64,000 bases of DNA, taken from the NCBI GenBank assembly GCA_951406725.2, contig OX597818.1, forward strand, positions 31,744,001 through 31,808,000, in the 5' to 3' direction. The notes below the pieces were generated by a model. That model had not been told where the DNA came from and did no database searches. It saw only the letters and a list, made by a program, of their open reading frames with translations. Source of the stretch: Octopus vulgaris. Its lineage: Eukaryota. Position numbers and translations under genes: made by a program. Shown here in pieces: positions 1 to 13,628 of the stretch (the first letter of the stretch is position 1; every line of letters begins with the position of its first letter).

Positions 1-184
1 TCTGAAAACAAAGTGCGAAAAAGCTAGAGTTTGCCAAATTTCTTACAGATCTTACCAATATACACTTGCACGCGCGCACAAACGGACACACACACACACA
101 CACATGTAGATCCATCCATACATATATGTGCACAGACACATATGTATATGCATTTACAAGCAGACATACATATATACATATATG

Positions 185-326
185 TAATCAAAATAAGCAA
201 CAAGGATATCCTTGTTGCTTATTTTGATTATAATCAACCCATTTTGAATTATATGGATAATACCATACTAAATTCTGGTGCCTTTAACTTAAGTACCATA
301 TTCATCTGAATCTAAATTTTAATGAA

Positions 327-328
<2 letters not shown>
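185..328. mobile_element. Penelope-pLTR-like fold-back remnant starting with a perfect 46-bp palindrome
   Basis: 185-230 is a perfect palindrome centred on GATATC; 208-310 is the reverse complement of the unit at 11357-11465; followed by (TA)n. Confidence 0.6.

Positions 329-397
<69 letters not shown>
329..397. repeat. (TA)n microsatellite (one of dozens; others e.g. 548-600, 5343-5455, 7030-7165, 9788-9900, 13088-13151, 16753-16809)
   Basis: Directly visible. Confidence 0.99.
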
Positions 398-401
<4 letters not shown>

Positions 402-543
402 AGGATAGGACTACACAGCCACAGCAAGAAATGTAACACGAAATAAAATATAACAGCCGGACTAGACCTAGAAAAAAAAAAAAAAAAAAAAATGCGCAAC
501 TCCATTGTCTCCCGAGACAGAAAGGATGCTAATACAATACAAT

Positions 544-604
<61 letters not shown>

Positions 605-2379
605 GTGTCGTGAGTGTGCTTGTATGTATGTATGTATGTACGTGTGTATATATGTATTAATGTATGTTTACATCGATGTGTGTATGCGAGTGTGGGTGTG
701 TTGACTGAGATTTACTGAAGAGAAAGTAGAAAACTAAGATATTCCTATCTTCTCTACCGGGCATGAAGCTATTCCAGCCTAGAATCCAAACCAGGTCATG
801 ATTTCATTTATCGCAAATTTAGCAGCACACAATACAACAACGCTCTATAATACTACACAGAATAACACTATACAACTTCAGTTTATTTCTTTCCAACAAT
901 AAATGTTAAGAATGAATGGAAACGAATTTCTCGTTGTATTAAAAACTTGAGAATTATCTCCGCTGCCGCCCACAAACATAAAATAGGGTTTTGCTATTGA
1001 AGAAGTATTGTTCCGTAGATTATAGAGAAATTTCAGTAAATACAGACAGTGTTTTATATCGGCCGTAAGTAAATTGTTGGTGTTGATAGGTCCACTAACT
1101 TGACAACTTAACACGTTACCCTTTCGCATAGGGCGGAGAACTTTCATGGATATTTGATACCGTTTTAACGGTGCTAATGAACATACTAGCTTTTGTATGC
1201 ATACAGTTGTTGTATAGGGCTCCGAAGAATAGTCGTCCTCACATAGAAAAAATGTATTCTCCTGTTAGACGGTTATATATGAATGAATGAAAAATAAACA
1301 AAGTAAATGACGTGTTAGAAAGCAAGAAAATAGAGTGACTTGTTTATTTAAACAAGGTCGGCAACTTGAGAGGAGTTTCTTTTCTTTAAGTAAACCACCT
1401 GCGAGATGTGATAAAGCTAAAAGATCTGTAGCAATTAGTGTCCATCTGAATGCAAATAAATTATATTGACTTATTGACTTAGTATGCTATTGCTTTTGTA
1501 GTTATGTATCTCACATCAACTCTGTCAGCAAATCTAGAACACACTGAACAGTTGACTGGAAGAAGCAAACAAACTAATATCTGAGTTTCTACTGGTAAAG
1601 TTATCTCTTTAGTGACACTATTTTTGGAAGTTGTTTCAAAATTTAAAACTACAACTTGTTCTCAGTTCTAAACTGGTATAGCCATTTACTAAGATTTGAC
1701 TGTTAAATAGAGTATGTCGACTATATTCTTTAAAGGACCCTCTCTGTCGTGTAGTCTCATTGTGTTGTTGTTTAATCTAGCTCCATCCTGATAGATCAGT
1801 TTATGACCGTCCATCATTTTAGTTTCATACAGACGTAAACACGCCACACACACACCATAGAAACCACACATACGCCATAGAAACCAAGATACTGGGAAAC
1901 CTGACCCATGAACCTGGCTAGGCTTTAAAAGAGCGAGAGAGACATCTACTATTTACAAATGAGGAAAATACTGTTCTTGCTCGCATCATTTCTAGATCAC
2001 CTTATATTAGTATAAAGTAAAGGTAAGATAACTAAATTGATATTCGAGTTAGGGTACTACTTAAGGTGCCGTTACTAGTGAAATGGTCTCACAAAAACAT
2101 TAACTCCTGTACTGATATATTCGTGCCAAATTTGACTGCTTTAATGTAGCTCAATAATGCATTCCATAGGTTTATTCACACACACGAAAACACACCACAC
2201 ATACACACACACGCCACACACACTCACACATTCACACACACATATATACATACATACATACATACATACATACATACTCAAATACGTACACGCTCGTGTG
2301 TGTAAGTATATGCGTCCGTTTGTCTGTCTCTCCTCTCTTTCTTTCTTTCTCTCTCACTCTCTCTTTCTCTCTCTCTCTG

Positions 2380-2432
<53 letters not shown>

Positions 2433-2436
<4 letters not shown>

Positions 2437-2846
2437 GTGAGGAAAGACAAACAATAAGGCAAGCCATGACAAGGACATTTAATTTCATTTAATTCAATCT
2501 AATTTAGATAAATAACGAATGGTAAAATAGTAAATAATAGTTAAAAAAATTTTTTTAATTATTTTACCATTACTTTACCATTTACTATTTTACCATTCGT
2601 TATGTAGCTAAATTAGATTGTGTTAAATGAATTTAAATGCCTTCCCTAATTGTTTGCCTTTCCTGACTGCTTTAACCTAAATCTACTGACTCAAAGATAA
2701 GCCACCGTTAGCAGTTTTCAACAAGACAATCACAAAACCTCAACCTCAACTGCTGTTCAAACAGGAATTTTGGTGGCATACGTATTTGAGCATTGGAAAC
2801 GCATACCTATTAGTTTGAGCCATCCTGACAAAAACTCCCCGTATCC

Positions 2847-2850
<4 letters not shown>
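2433..2850. mobile_element. Fold-back unit between (TA)n tracts (arms ~2433-2535 / 2580-2671 plus one-sided extension), probable truncated Penelope-like insertion
   Basis: Imperfect ~95-bp inverted arms (e.g. ATAACGAATGGTAAAATAGTAAAT / ATTTACTATTTTACCATTCGTTAT); same layout as 11357-11697 and 35382-35790. Confidence 0.5.
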
Positions 2851-2923
<73 letters not shown>

Positions 2924-5326
2924 ATGTATAATTAAGAGAAATAACCTCTATTAAGTAACTCAATAGCGAAAGACATTATCCATATTATATAGAAAAACTC
3001 TAAATATACTATAATAAATATTCAAATAAATTACTAAACTGAATAAACATTATACAGATATATTATATATTTTGGAATTTGATTTAGAATTGGTAAATTG
3101 AATTTTTCCCTGTAAGTTTGCTATTATATTCCCTACTATTATTATCATATATACATACATACATACATACATACATACATACATACATACATACATACAT
3201 ACATACACACACAAACAGACACACACACACATATATATGTGTGTATGTATATAGTTGAAAAAAGCTTACAGATTAAAATTACGGTTAAAAAAGCAAAGTT
3301 GGAAAAGGCACAAACGTATATTTTAGAGAATGTTTAATAGTTTTGTTATAGTGAGTATGTTAAAATATAACCAGTTTCTCTGTATCCATCTTATCAAATT
3401 TCAAAAAGAATCTTTTTGAAAGACAAAGAGAAAAAAATTGGTGGTTAGCAGTTTTTACCCATGTTTTAAATTTAGTGCATAGTGAAATTTTACTTTGGAG
3501 TCACTTCTTATATATTTTTTGTCTATGTCAGGTTTGAGGTGGGGCTCACGAGTTCAAGTTTCAGGAATTCTATTGAAAACAAATCTTTTGAATTGAATAG
3601 GCAGTTTCTGTTCCAGGTATGGCCAGCTTTTTGTGTATGTGTGTTATTTTGGAATATATTGTCAGAACATTTTTCCTTTTTTCTATTGAGAGAATATGGT
3701 CAGTGGTTAAGTGGCGTTTTTAAGGATAGTCATTCAATGGATGGGTAATGTTTTGTGTATGTGTGTTTGTGTGTATGCGTATGTGTGTGTGTGTATGTGT
3801 GACAGATCCTTATTGTGGGTGTTTAGAGATTTAATCGTGGTTCAAATTTGCTAAAGAATTTGGTGTGTGTGTGTGTTTGTTTGTATTTTGTAGTGTGTGT
3901 GATGTTTTGTTTGGTATATGTGTGTGGTGTGTATGTATGTGGCGTATATGTGAGTGTGTATATGTGGTGGATATGTATATGCGTGTATGTAGTATTTTTA
4001 ATGGTATATATGTTTTGTTTGATGGTGTATGTGTGTGCATATATGTTTTTGTTTTTTGGAAATATGTTCTGTAACTTGTGGTGTGTGGGTTTATTTTGTG
4101 TGTGTTTGGTTTTATGGGAATGTTATGTGTGTGTGTGTGTGTGTGTGTTATTGTGACATGTGTGCTAGTATGGTGTGTGTGTTTTATTGCGGTATGATGT
4201 GATAATATTTCATTAGTGCCTGTGTTATCAATAACTGATTGCTGGAAATAATATCAATAATGGAGGTACCTGAATCCCACAGGATAAAGCAATAGTTAGA
4301 TATGGGTTACCATTTATTCCTAAGAATTCTTCACCACCTTGTATTTACTATATAAAGATTTTAGAATTTTAACATTAGCAAGGACTCTCAGACGTTCTTC
4401 ATTACAATTTATGTTAGTTTTGACTATAGTAGTTTTATCTGATTTTTTATGACTATGCTAGTCATAGTTTTTTATGACTATGCTAGTTTTTCAACAAGGA
4501 TATTTGCAACATATAAGAAATGGTTACAACTAGAAATCAAAAACAATTGCCTGAGATGGTTAAAACAGGAGCTAACCAAAAGCGCAAGGGGCGCCAGTCA
4601 AAAGTTCTACATTTATGTCTTTGGAGTGAATAATTTCAGCATTAACGGGTAATTGGTTTATTCATTTAGTGATCAAAGTATCACCGAAGGACAACAATCT
4701 TCACTGCTTTACTGTTAACAACAGTGATAAAGAGAAAACTGTATTATAAGGTAACGAAGGCTCCAGTTTGATTCAAATGCAAGAATATATCGACTAAGAT
4801 ACTGAAGACAAGTTCAACACAAATATGATTATCTTTAAAATAAAAGAATTAATTAAAGCATCGAGTCTCTGAAGTATTAAGCTTTTCAAACGAAAGTAAT
4901 TAGAATTCTCACTGAAGTAATTACAATTCACACTAAAGCAACCAAGTGGGAAATTAATTTCTATGAATGAAGGGAGGGAAAGGGAAAGGGAAAAAAAAGA
5001 AGAAAAAATAACGTAAAGAAATGTAAAAGAAAATATGGAAACTTACTAGGAGTTAGTTGAAGTGAAATAAAAAAATAAAAAAAATACACTGGGATCGTTT
5101 TACATTTGATTATAAGAAGATATTGGTTGCATTTTGAAAATCATTAAGTAAAGACAAGTAATGTTGAAAATCTGTCAAAACTTCACAACATATGGTGGAA
5201 ATCACATTGCATAAAATTTACTGCTGACGTATCACGCGCTAGGCACACATACTTCCTTAAATACACACAGACACGCATACATATACGAGCTTACACATGC
5301 ACACACTACACATGAAATTCCATATG

Positions 5327-5465
<139 letters not shown>

Positions 5466-6341
5466 TTGTGTGTCCGTGTTTGTGTGCGTGTATAAATATG
5501 TGCGTTTATATGAAATAAAGACGGAGAAGTAGGAAGGGTCGGTGTAACATGTTTGAATAAATCAGGCATTGAATTTACAAAATCCTTTTTAATATCAACT
5601 AGTTGTATTAACCAAAGAAACTCTCAATGCTTTGCATGCACTATACGTTCGAAGATTTCCCACCTACTCTGATTTGTACGAAAAATCCCATATTGTAAGT
5701 ATTGTCCAAGATTCGTGTCAAGGAGATGCCGCTGTCTCGTTAGAGAAAAACTGAATACTTCGCGCTTGATCAACCGCGTTCAATAACGTTACGAAATATG
5801 TCATTCATTATGGATAGCTCATCTGACACGGGTTTATCTTTTATTTATCTGTCCTTTTCATTTCTTATTATATTTTTCATTTAGACCACTCACTGTCATC
5901 TCAAATCTTGTGAATGTTTAATCCTCGAAACATAAAAAGAGAAAAAATCAGAAAGATTGTTGGTACAAATTGCTATACTACAGCAATAAGTGCGATCAAT
6001 ATATTTCTCTTTCTCAGAATGCTAATCTTGCATCAAGAGGGATAACATTGAAGCATTTAAATCATGAACAAGGATAATATAATTTTCATTGAGTGCAATG
6101 TTTAGAGTGCTAATATGTAATACATACTTACATGCGTAACTATTTCTGGAAGCAAAATCGCTGCTGAGTTTTCGCCGGACCTATAGGATTTTCCTCAGAA
6201 TATATTCCGCCTAGTTGAATAATGCATCAGGAAAAATTTGAAATCCCAGTGAAAAGTCATTTGGCAAATAAGTATTGAGTAGGGAGATCCCGATCATTGA
6301 AAATAACAGCCTAAAATTCATTTTAGCACACACAGGCGCGC

Positions 6342-6390
<49 letters not shown>

Positions 6391-6396
<6 letters not shown>

Positions 6397-6660
6397 CGAA
6401 TATTCCTAGAAATATCACCACCAGTGGCCTAGCATGTATAAATAATCAATGGACAACATATTCTTAATATATTTTATTTATATTCTTTATAATATTGATG
6501 TAGAATATAGAATATATAGTATAAATAATATATATATAGTAAAATGAAATGAAGTATTGATTGTCTTATTGAATAGATGAAATGTTGAATATAAAATATT
6601 GAGGGACGAGTATACTTTCTTGCAATATAGCAGTCTTCAAGATCCCAGGTTGTGACATAT
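6391..6660. mobile_element. Microsatellite-embedded dispersed repeat
   Basis: 6472-6660 closely matches 31969-32156; 6391-6450 matches the reverse complement of 40266-40330; all copies abut (TA)n/(TG)n. Confidence 0.7.
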
Positions 6661-6720
6661 ATATATATATATATACCCATGGGTATGAGTAAGTATCTCA
6701 TTTATTTCTTTTGCCACATG

Positions 6721-6778
6721 TATCACTGACGAAGAGAGGGCTCTTAGTAGCTAACTCTGGAATCGGTCCAATATGATA
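6721..6778 (+). ncRNA. Degenerate minimal hammerhead ribozyme motif in a (TA)n-embedded pLTR-like unit (6676-7030)
   Basis: TATCA-CTGACGA-AGAG...CTCT-GGAA-TCGGTC...TGATA; GAAA box altered to GGAA. Confidence 0.45.
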
Positions 6779-7027
6779 ATAATGGAATTTTTTAGAAATT
6801 TCTGTCGACCTTTTTTCGAGTAGCGTGCATATTGTGAAAAAATTATATGGTTAATGGACAATATGTCCAATTTCTCGGCATATTTGGCATTAGAATTTTT
6901 TTCCTTTGCCTTCATTTATGAATTGTTCATAAATTTAACCGTTAAAGGTATTTTTTAATATGCTGGCCATTGATAAAATTTTTTTCGAGAAAATATTTGT
7001 TTTCGAAAAGAATTTTATCCTCACATT

Positions 7028-7168
<141 letters not shown>

Positions 7169-7266
7169 TGCACTGATATATATGTGTACATATATATCAG
7201 CGGGCTTTTTTAATCCGATATCTTCACGCTCTTTCTGATCAGCCGTTAGAACGAATTATCTACATA

Positions 7267-7476
7267 CAGGGGTGGGTGTTGAAACGTTCCTGGGCTTGGG
7301 TAAAAGAAAATAGAGGAGGATCAATTAATTTTGATTTTATTCAATTCTCAGATTTTCACATTTATTGCAGCGGTCCTTCAATTTTTCTCAGCCCTGTAAA
7401 AGAACTCGGAATGCTGAGCCTTCAATCAAGCATTTCGTGATACCCCTAAAAGAAGGAACTCTTCAAAGCCCCCTCG
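7267..7476 (-). mobile_element. mariner-derived MITE (family also at 13429-13628 and 63839-64000)
   Basis: TA-flanked degenerate TIRs (CAGGGGTGGGTGTTGAAACGTTCC / GGAACTCTTCAAAGCCCCCTCG); interior homologous to the other two copies. Confidence 0.8.
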
Positions 7477-7481
7477 TATAT

Positions 7482-8295
7482 GAAAGGTGCTGTGAATAAA
7501 CTGTCGTCTAAATTGCGCAAAAATGAAAATAACACTGACATCTCATTTTTACAGATATATTTGTCAAAATTACATTAAAATATCTTAAAATACTAAAGAG
7601 TAAATTTATTCAATTAGCTTCAACTACGGCCTCCAGACGACTTCGGAATCTCCTGCAACACTTCTGGGTGGTCTTCTTGTTTAAGTTGGTGAATGCTACC
7701 ATAATCCTTGTCTTCAGTTCATCTTTGGTGTTACAAGGAGTTTTGTTGGTCCCTCGCTCAACTGCGTTCCTCATATAATAATCAAGTAGTTTATAATAAT
7801 CTGGAGAGTTAGGTGGCCAGGTGTTAGGGATGATGTGGTCGCAGAAATTGTCTGACAACCTTGACTTAGTTCTCCTGCAAGTGTGGCATGGTGCAGAGTC
7901 CTGTTGCCAGACATAGGGTCTTCCAGCAGCTACCCTATTAACCCAGTACAGTACTACCCCCCCCAGGTACTTGATGTAGACCAGCCGCGTGGCAGATGAT
8001 TGGAGGCATAACGACGCCATCATTAATGATCACTCCAAACACCATGATGTTGACTGGATGTTTGATTTTTATCATTTTCAGCACGATTTTTATCACTTCT
8101 GGCACGAATGTCAAGTAGTACGGCATGTCGATTCCAGATTTCTGGCAGAATGAATTGCATCATGATGCTGTTTTTCTCATACACGGTGCCCAACTAACCC
8201 TATGATGCTATGTAGTTGACAAAATAAAAAAAATAATAATCTCCATGCACGAAATTAAAACTGTAAAAGGGCGAAAATTTATCCATCGTACACTG
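7482..8295 (-). mobile_element. Internally deleted Tc1/mariner-superfamily (DD37D/maT-like) transposon with transposase pseudogene
   Basis: Minus-strand KHPVNIMVFGVI...YVWQQDSAPCH...WPPNSPD..LDYY...RFRSRLEAVVEAN; left end TACAGTGTACGATGGATAAATTTTCGCC has a degenerate counterpart near 7482-7510. Confidence 0.85.
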
Positions 8296-8370
8296 TATGT
8301 GTGTGTGGATTTATTTATTTATTTTTTATTTTATCTAGTTTCAGCTCACGAGCTGTGGCCATATATATAT

Positions 8371-8433
<63 letters not shown>

Positions 8434-8434
<1 letters not shown>

Positions 8435-8676
8435 GGATATGGACACGTCGCCCGACTCACCGATAATCGGTGGACGCACGCAGTTGTCGAGTGGTACCCG
8501 CGTGAGCGGAAAAGACCACCCGGAAGACCTCCACGACGGTGGAGTTACGATTTCAAGAGGGTGATTGAGATCACGTGGATGAGAAAGGCGCGATCCAGAG
8601 AGGAGTGGACGGCGTGCTGTGACCAGCGGTGTCAAATGGACGCCTGACGGACTGGTCGGTCAAGGTGATCAAGATG
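8434..8676 (+). mobile_element. RTE-clade LINE 3' end (5'-truncated) between (TA)n tracts
   Basis: Translates GYGHVARLTDNRWTHAVVEWYPRERKRPPGRPPRRWSYDF...REEW, the typical RTE C-terminus; short repeat tail. Confidence 0.85.
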
Positions 8677-8691
8677 ATATATATATATAAA

Positions 8692-8854
8692 ATCCAAATT
8701 TCTGGCAGAATGAATTGCGCCATAGGGCTGTTTTTCTCATACACGGTGCCCAACTAACCCTACGATACTGTGTAGTTGGCAAAACCCAAAACAAACAATG
8801 TGCATGCACGAAATTAAAACTATAAAAGGGCGAAAATTTATCCATCGCACCCTG
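8692..8854 (-). mobile_element. Second copy of the left end of the DD37D-like transposon
   Basis: Highly similar to 8132-8295; ends ...TTTATCCATCGCACCCTG-TA; minus strand contains a putative transposase start MAQFILPEIW. Confidence 0.8.
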
Positions 8855-8986
8855 TATATGTGTCTGTTTGCGTTTGTGCATATGTATTATACATATACGC
8901 GTGTGTGTATATATATTATATATATATGCATGAGTGTGAGTGTGCGTGTGTGTGTATGTGTGTGTGTGTGTGCACATACAATTAAA

Positions 8987-9270
8987 TCTTTTTGGTTGTT
9001 TGTCCCTAAGGGCCGGTTTCCCGGTTTCCTTGGCGTATAGGTTCCCCACCTGGACGGGACGCAGGTCCGTCGCAGGTGAGCTGCAAGACGAAAGAGTGAG
9101 AGAAAGTTGTGGCGAAAACCTCAGCAGAAGTTCGCCATTATCTTCTGCCGAAGACGCGTGGAGCTAATGTGGTTCACTCATAAACACACGCATCACCCGG
9201 TCTGAGATTCGAACCCGCGATCCCTCGACCGCGAGTCCGCTGCTCTAACCACTGGGCCATGTGCCTCCAC
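8987..9270 (-). mobile_element. tRNA-derived SINE family C, near full length
   Basis: Minus strand: A box TGGCCCAGTGG, B box GGTTCGAATCT, then body and tail; partial copies at 26571-26735 (+) and 25662-25745 (-). Confidence 0.85.
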
Positions 9271-9468
9271 ATACAATTTAATTCATCTAATTTAACCTCA
9301 TTTTTCCGTCGAAGCTGTGATCATCATTCTGAAGTGCGGTTAGCACCTCTATACAATTCGCGGTCTACACAGTTTCGTAGCGTGAAAGAAGTATAATGTT
9401 ACATCAGCCGTCTTTTTTCTCTCACCTTCTCTCACTGTCCCTTTCTCTCTCCTTCTCTCACTGTCCCT

Positions 9469-9512
<44 letters not shown>

Positions 9513-9783
9513 CTCTCTCTTGCTATGTCTATCTTGATTGTTTTATGTTTGTATGTGTGTGCGTGTGCGAGCGCGCCTGTCTGTTCGCGCGTGTGTGTGG
9601 TTTAGAAACAATTTTATCCCACACACAAAGTAGAGATGACGGTTTTTTTCTAATATGTTGAAGTGCTATTCCGAGTTGCACTTGTGTGTGTTGTATATGT
9701 ATATACATATAAATATACATACATTTATGCGTATATATATATATATATGTATGTGTGTGTATATTTATGTATATATATATATG

Positions 9784-9903
<120 letters not shown>

Positions 9904-10513
9904 TATATATATATATATGTATGTATTTATATGTGTATATATATAGACATATATATACACATACACATAAACACACACCTCTCTCTTTCTATATATAAAT
10001 ATCTGTGTGTGTATCTGTATGTGAGCGTATCTGTGTGTGTATGTGTGTGTGTGTATTGTGCTCTCGTGTGCTCGTCTATATAAGTGTAACAGACATACTG
10101 TATACAAGTGTGGTCGCGTCTATAAGCATTCATATCAGAAAATTTGTTTTCGCCAATTTTCTATTAATAGAAAGATTAATCATAAATATTTGCTTTCTTA
10201 ATATCTTCAAGCGAAAGTTAAATGTTTGCTCTAAACATCAAGTTACTATTTTGGTTATCTTTTCTAAAAATTATTGCTGTTCAGCTTAAATGGCCTACGG
10301 ATTCAATGAACTTCTCATATGGATTAACAACAAATTTTGCACATGCGTAGAATCCAGTCAAAACATTAAGCAAACATCGAGCATTTCACTAAATTTGTAG
10401 GTAAAGAATAGTACATTGCCATTACAGGATTCAAACCGGAGGGTATCTAAGTAGATATTGATTTCAAATATTGGCACAAGGCCAGAAATTTCGGGAAGGG
10501 TATGAGTCGATGA

Positions 10514-10890
10514 CATCATCATCATCATCATCATTGTTCGACCGTGGTCGAGACAATGGAATTTACCATGCTACGCCAGACTTCACGGTCCATCATTGCA
10601 TTACGGAGGTCCTGTTGCTGGATGCCTGTATCCCTGGAGATTACATGAGGGTAGGAGAGTGTGCGTCCTCTGGTATTGCGAGTAGATGGCTTCCAGAGGA
10701 GAAGAGTAGAAATTACCTCTTTTTCAGCTCTACAACAATGTCCAGCAAACTGGACTCTCTTACCTTTCACAAGAGATGACACAGGTGGTAGTTTCCCATA
10801 TATTTGCATTTTGGTTGGATGGTGCTTCGTTGAGAGATTTTGACATCAACCCTTGCACTCAATACCTGATCTGAGCATCCCATCATTCGA
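10514..10890 (-). mobile_element. RTE/RTEX-like LINE 3' end with (TGA)n tail, abutting a SINE-B tail fragment (10461-10517)
   Basis: ORF QIYGKLPPVSSLVKGKRVQFAGHCCRAEKEVISTLLLWKP...AMMDREVWR followed directly by (TGA)n. Confidence 0.85.
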
Positions 10891-11024
10891 AAAGTATTCA
10901 GGACTAGATTATCCAATGCTCCTTTCCTAGCTTAAGATGGAAATTTGTATTTTGAAAACGAAAAAACAAAAAACAAAAACAAAAAAACATTGCGGCTAAC
11001 ATCGGAAACGTCAGTCCAAATATT

Positions 11025-11180
11025 GGTTTCAAATTTTGACACAAGGCCAGTACTTTCAAGGGATGTGGTAAGTCAATTACATCGACCCCAGTGAACAATT
11101 GATACTTATTTTATCGATTCCGAAACGATGAAAGACAGAGTTGACTCCGGCAGAATTTGAATTAACGATTCCGCCAGCTA
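11025..11180 (-). mobile_element. SINE family B (Meta-domain-like), degenerate
   Basis: Homologous to copies at 30330-30718 and 47119-47330. Confidence 0.75.
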
Positions 11181-11326
11181 TCGACATTCTTTCATTATAT
11201 GCTTGCATTTTTGTGCGTGTGTGTGTGCATGTATGTATGTATGTATGTATGTATGTATGTATGTATGTATGTATGTATGTATGTATCTATCCATCTATCT
11301 ACCTATCTATTTTTCTATCTCTGTAT

Positions 11327-11356
<30 letters not shown>

Positions 11357-11359
<3 letters not shown>

Positions 11360-11695
11360 CAGATGAATATGGTACTTAAGTTGAGGCACCGGAATTTAGT
11401 AAGGTATTATCCATACAATTTCAAAATAAGGTGATTAAAATCAAAATAAGCAACAAGGATATCCAGAAGTAATGCAGTACGATCGTTTCAAGGAACTCCA
11501 TTTAATTGAACAATGCAATCATTACATCAATTTAATTAATTAAACTAAGTTTAATTAATTTACTTAAATTCTATATCTTTATGCACCCGAGGATTGCTTT
11601 GCATTTAAATTGATGTAATGTTTGCATTGTTCAATTAAACGGTGTTGCTTGAAACGATCGTACTGCATTACCTCTGGGTACCCTTGATACTTATT

Positions 11696-11697
<2 letters not shown>
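11357..11697. mobile_element. Penelope-pLTR-like fold-back unit between (TA)n tracts; arms ~11444-11535 / 11606-11697
   Basis: ~90-bp inverted arms; one arm carries an extension shared with 231-310; contains a hammerhead motif. Confidence 0.7.
11581..11668 (+). ncRNA. Hammerhead ribozyme-like motif with long stem II region and palindromic stem III (core U4 altered to C)
   Basis: ATGCAC-CCGAGGA-...-GAAAC-GATC-GTA-CTGCAT; stem I ATGCA/TGCAT; ACGATCGT is self-complementary as in Penelope minimal hammerheads. Confidence 0.55.
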
Positions 11698-11780
<83 letters not shown>

Positions 11781-12447
11781 ATATATTATATATACACATA
11801 CATATACATATATCATTATAAGAATTAAAACTACACTGGTATTCTTTTACTTCTTTATTTTCTGTTAGTCCTTTGCTATTATTTAACTAATTAACTGAAC
11901 AAAAAATGTTTCACCACACGGGATTACATAACGTATCTTGCAAATAAACTCAAAATCTATTAATAATACTTTCTTTAAAATTGAGATAACATCATAAATT
12001 CACTTCACATACACAATACTGTGGTGTAACACCGAATAAACAAGGCAATAACGGTATTTCTATGTGACTGCTCGATCTACTTAGAAAAAAAGGAAACCAA
12101 ATGTTTCTCAAATAACATTCTATGAATTTAAAAACGAGGACCTACAAGAGAATGTATGCTGTCATAAATGATGTCTGAGAAGACACAAAAGTACCGACTG
12201 GCGTGTCATTGTTCTTTGGTTTGAACTGAGTTTAAACAACAGTAACAAGACCTAGCCTAGGTTTCATTTGAAAGTTCTGGATTATGTCTAGTATGTTTGC
12301 TTAGTAATGTGAATTTGATTTTAATCTAATTTTGCCGAGAAAATTTCGTGGAAATTGTGTTCAAGCGATACGCAAGTTGTCCTGAGTCCGTATTTATCAT
12401 TATAAATACTTACGTACGCTCATACATACATAATACATACATACCTT

Positions 12448-12576
12448 CCTACCTACCTACCTACCTACCTACCTACCTACCTACCTACCTACCTACCTAC
12501 CTACCTACCTACCTACCTACCTACCCACCTACCTACCTACCTACATACATACATACATACATACATACATACATAC
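12448..12576. repeat. (CTAC)n then (ATAC)n tetranucleotide repeats
   Basis: Directly visible. Confidence 0.97.
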
Positions 12577-13087
12577 TTAATATAACATAACATAACATAA
12601 CTTAACATAAAGCTGAAGATCAGCGAAAAAGAAAATACCTATGCTGAACTATTGAGGATTCTACAGCTACTCTAACCAGATTACAAGTTCAGGTTTATAC
12701 CTGTAATTATCGGGGCACTGCAATATGTAACACACTACCGAAATACCAATCTTGAGAAATTATGTTTCTCAAAACCAGGAAGGAGAAAGCTGATATGAAA
12801 ACTAGAGATCCAAGTCATCACTGGAACTGTAAAAATATGTAAAACTTTCCAGAAGTTTATTATTTAAGTATATATGAGCATGTCTAGACATGCATATATA
12901 TGCATGAGAATACATACATAAAGCAAAAACATACAAATCTGCACATATACAAACATACAAAAACACCCTGTTGATGTTGAAATTCCAAAGAAAGGGCCTT
13001 GGATTTAAGTTAGAGTCCGGCTCTTTCTCTATTGGCAAGAAATCTTGAAATAAAACTGAACAATGACATACATACAAACGTGCATAC

Positions 13088-13154
<67 letters not shown>

Positions 13155-13428
13155 TATATATTATACATGTATTTATTTGTGTGTATGTATGTATGTACAT
13201 ATGTATGTATGTATGTATGTATATATATACGTACGTACTTAGTTTTGCCCACTACCTTACTTGAGCTATATTTTGCTGTCTTTGATTTTCATATTCGTAA
13301 TATTGTCATGAAATCCAAGGTGAGGGAAATAATGTCGGCAGGCGATTAATAGCCATTCTTTCGCCACCACTGTGAAATTCCTGTGCGTTATTTACTGAAA
13401 ACCATACTATGTTTTGTATGTGAAGATA

Positions 13429-13628
13429 CGATGGGATGCTGAAAATTTCCTGGCCCTAAGGGTGTAGTGGGAAGCCTGGGTGAGGACCCAACGTTCCGTG
13501 TTCTTTTACAGGGCTTTGAAAAACTGATGGACCACTGCAACAAGTGTGTGAATCTGACAGGGAAATATGTTGAGTAAAATCCTGTATTTTCATTTACCCA
13601 AACCGAGGGACCATTCCGCACCCCCTCG
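13429..13628 (+). mobile_element. mariner-derived MITE retaining the transposase C-terminus
   Basis: TA-flanked TIRs; interior translates QGFEKLMDHCNKCVNLTGKYVE*, the mariner C-terminal motif. Confidence 0.85.

Noticed and set aside
3480-3750. Possible decayed Penelope GIY-YIG-proximal coding fragment on the minus strand
   Set aside because: Too degenerate to distinguish from background by eye.
9195-9270. Apparent tRNA genes (also 55440-55510, 63478-63545, 26571-26645)
   Set aside because: No proper acceptor stem or terminator, and they run into SINE bodies, so they are SINE heads.
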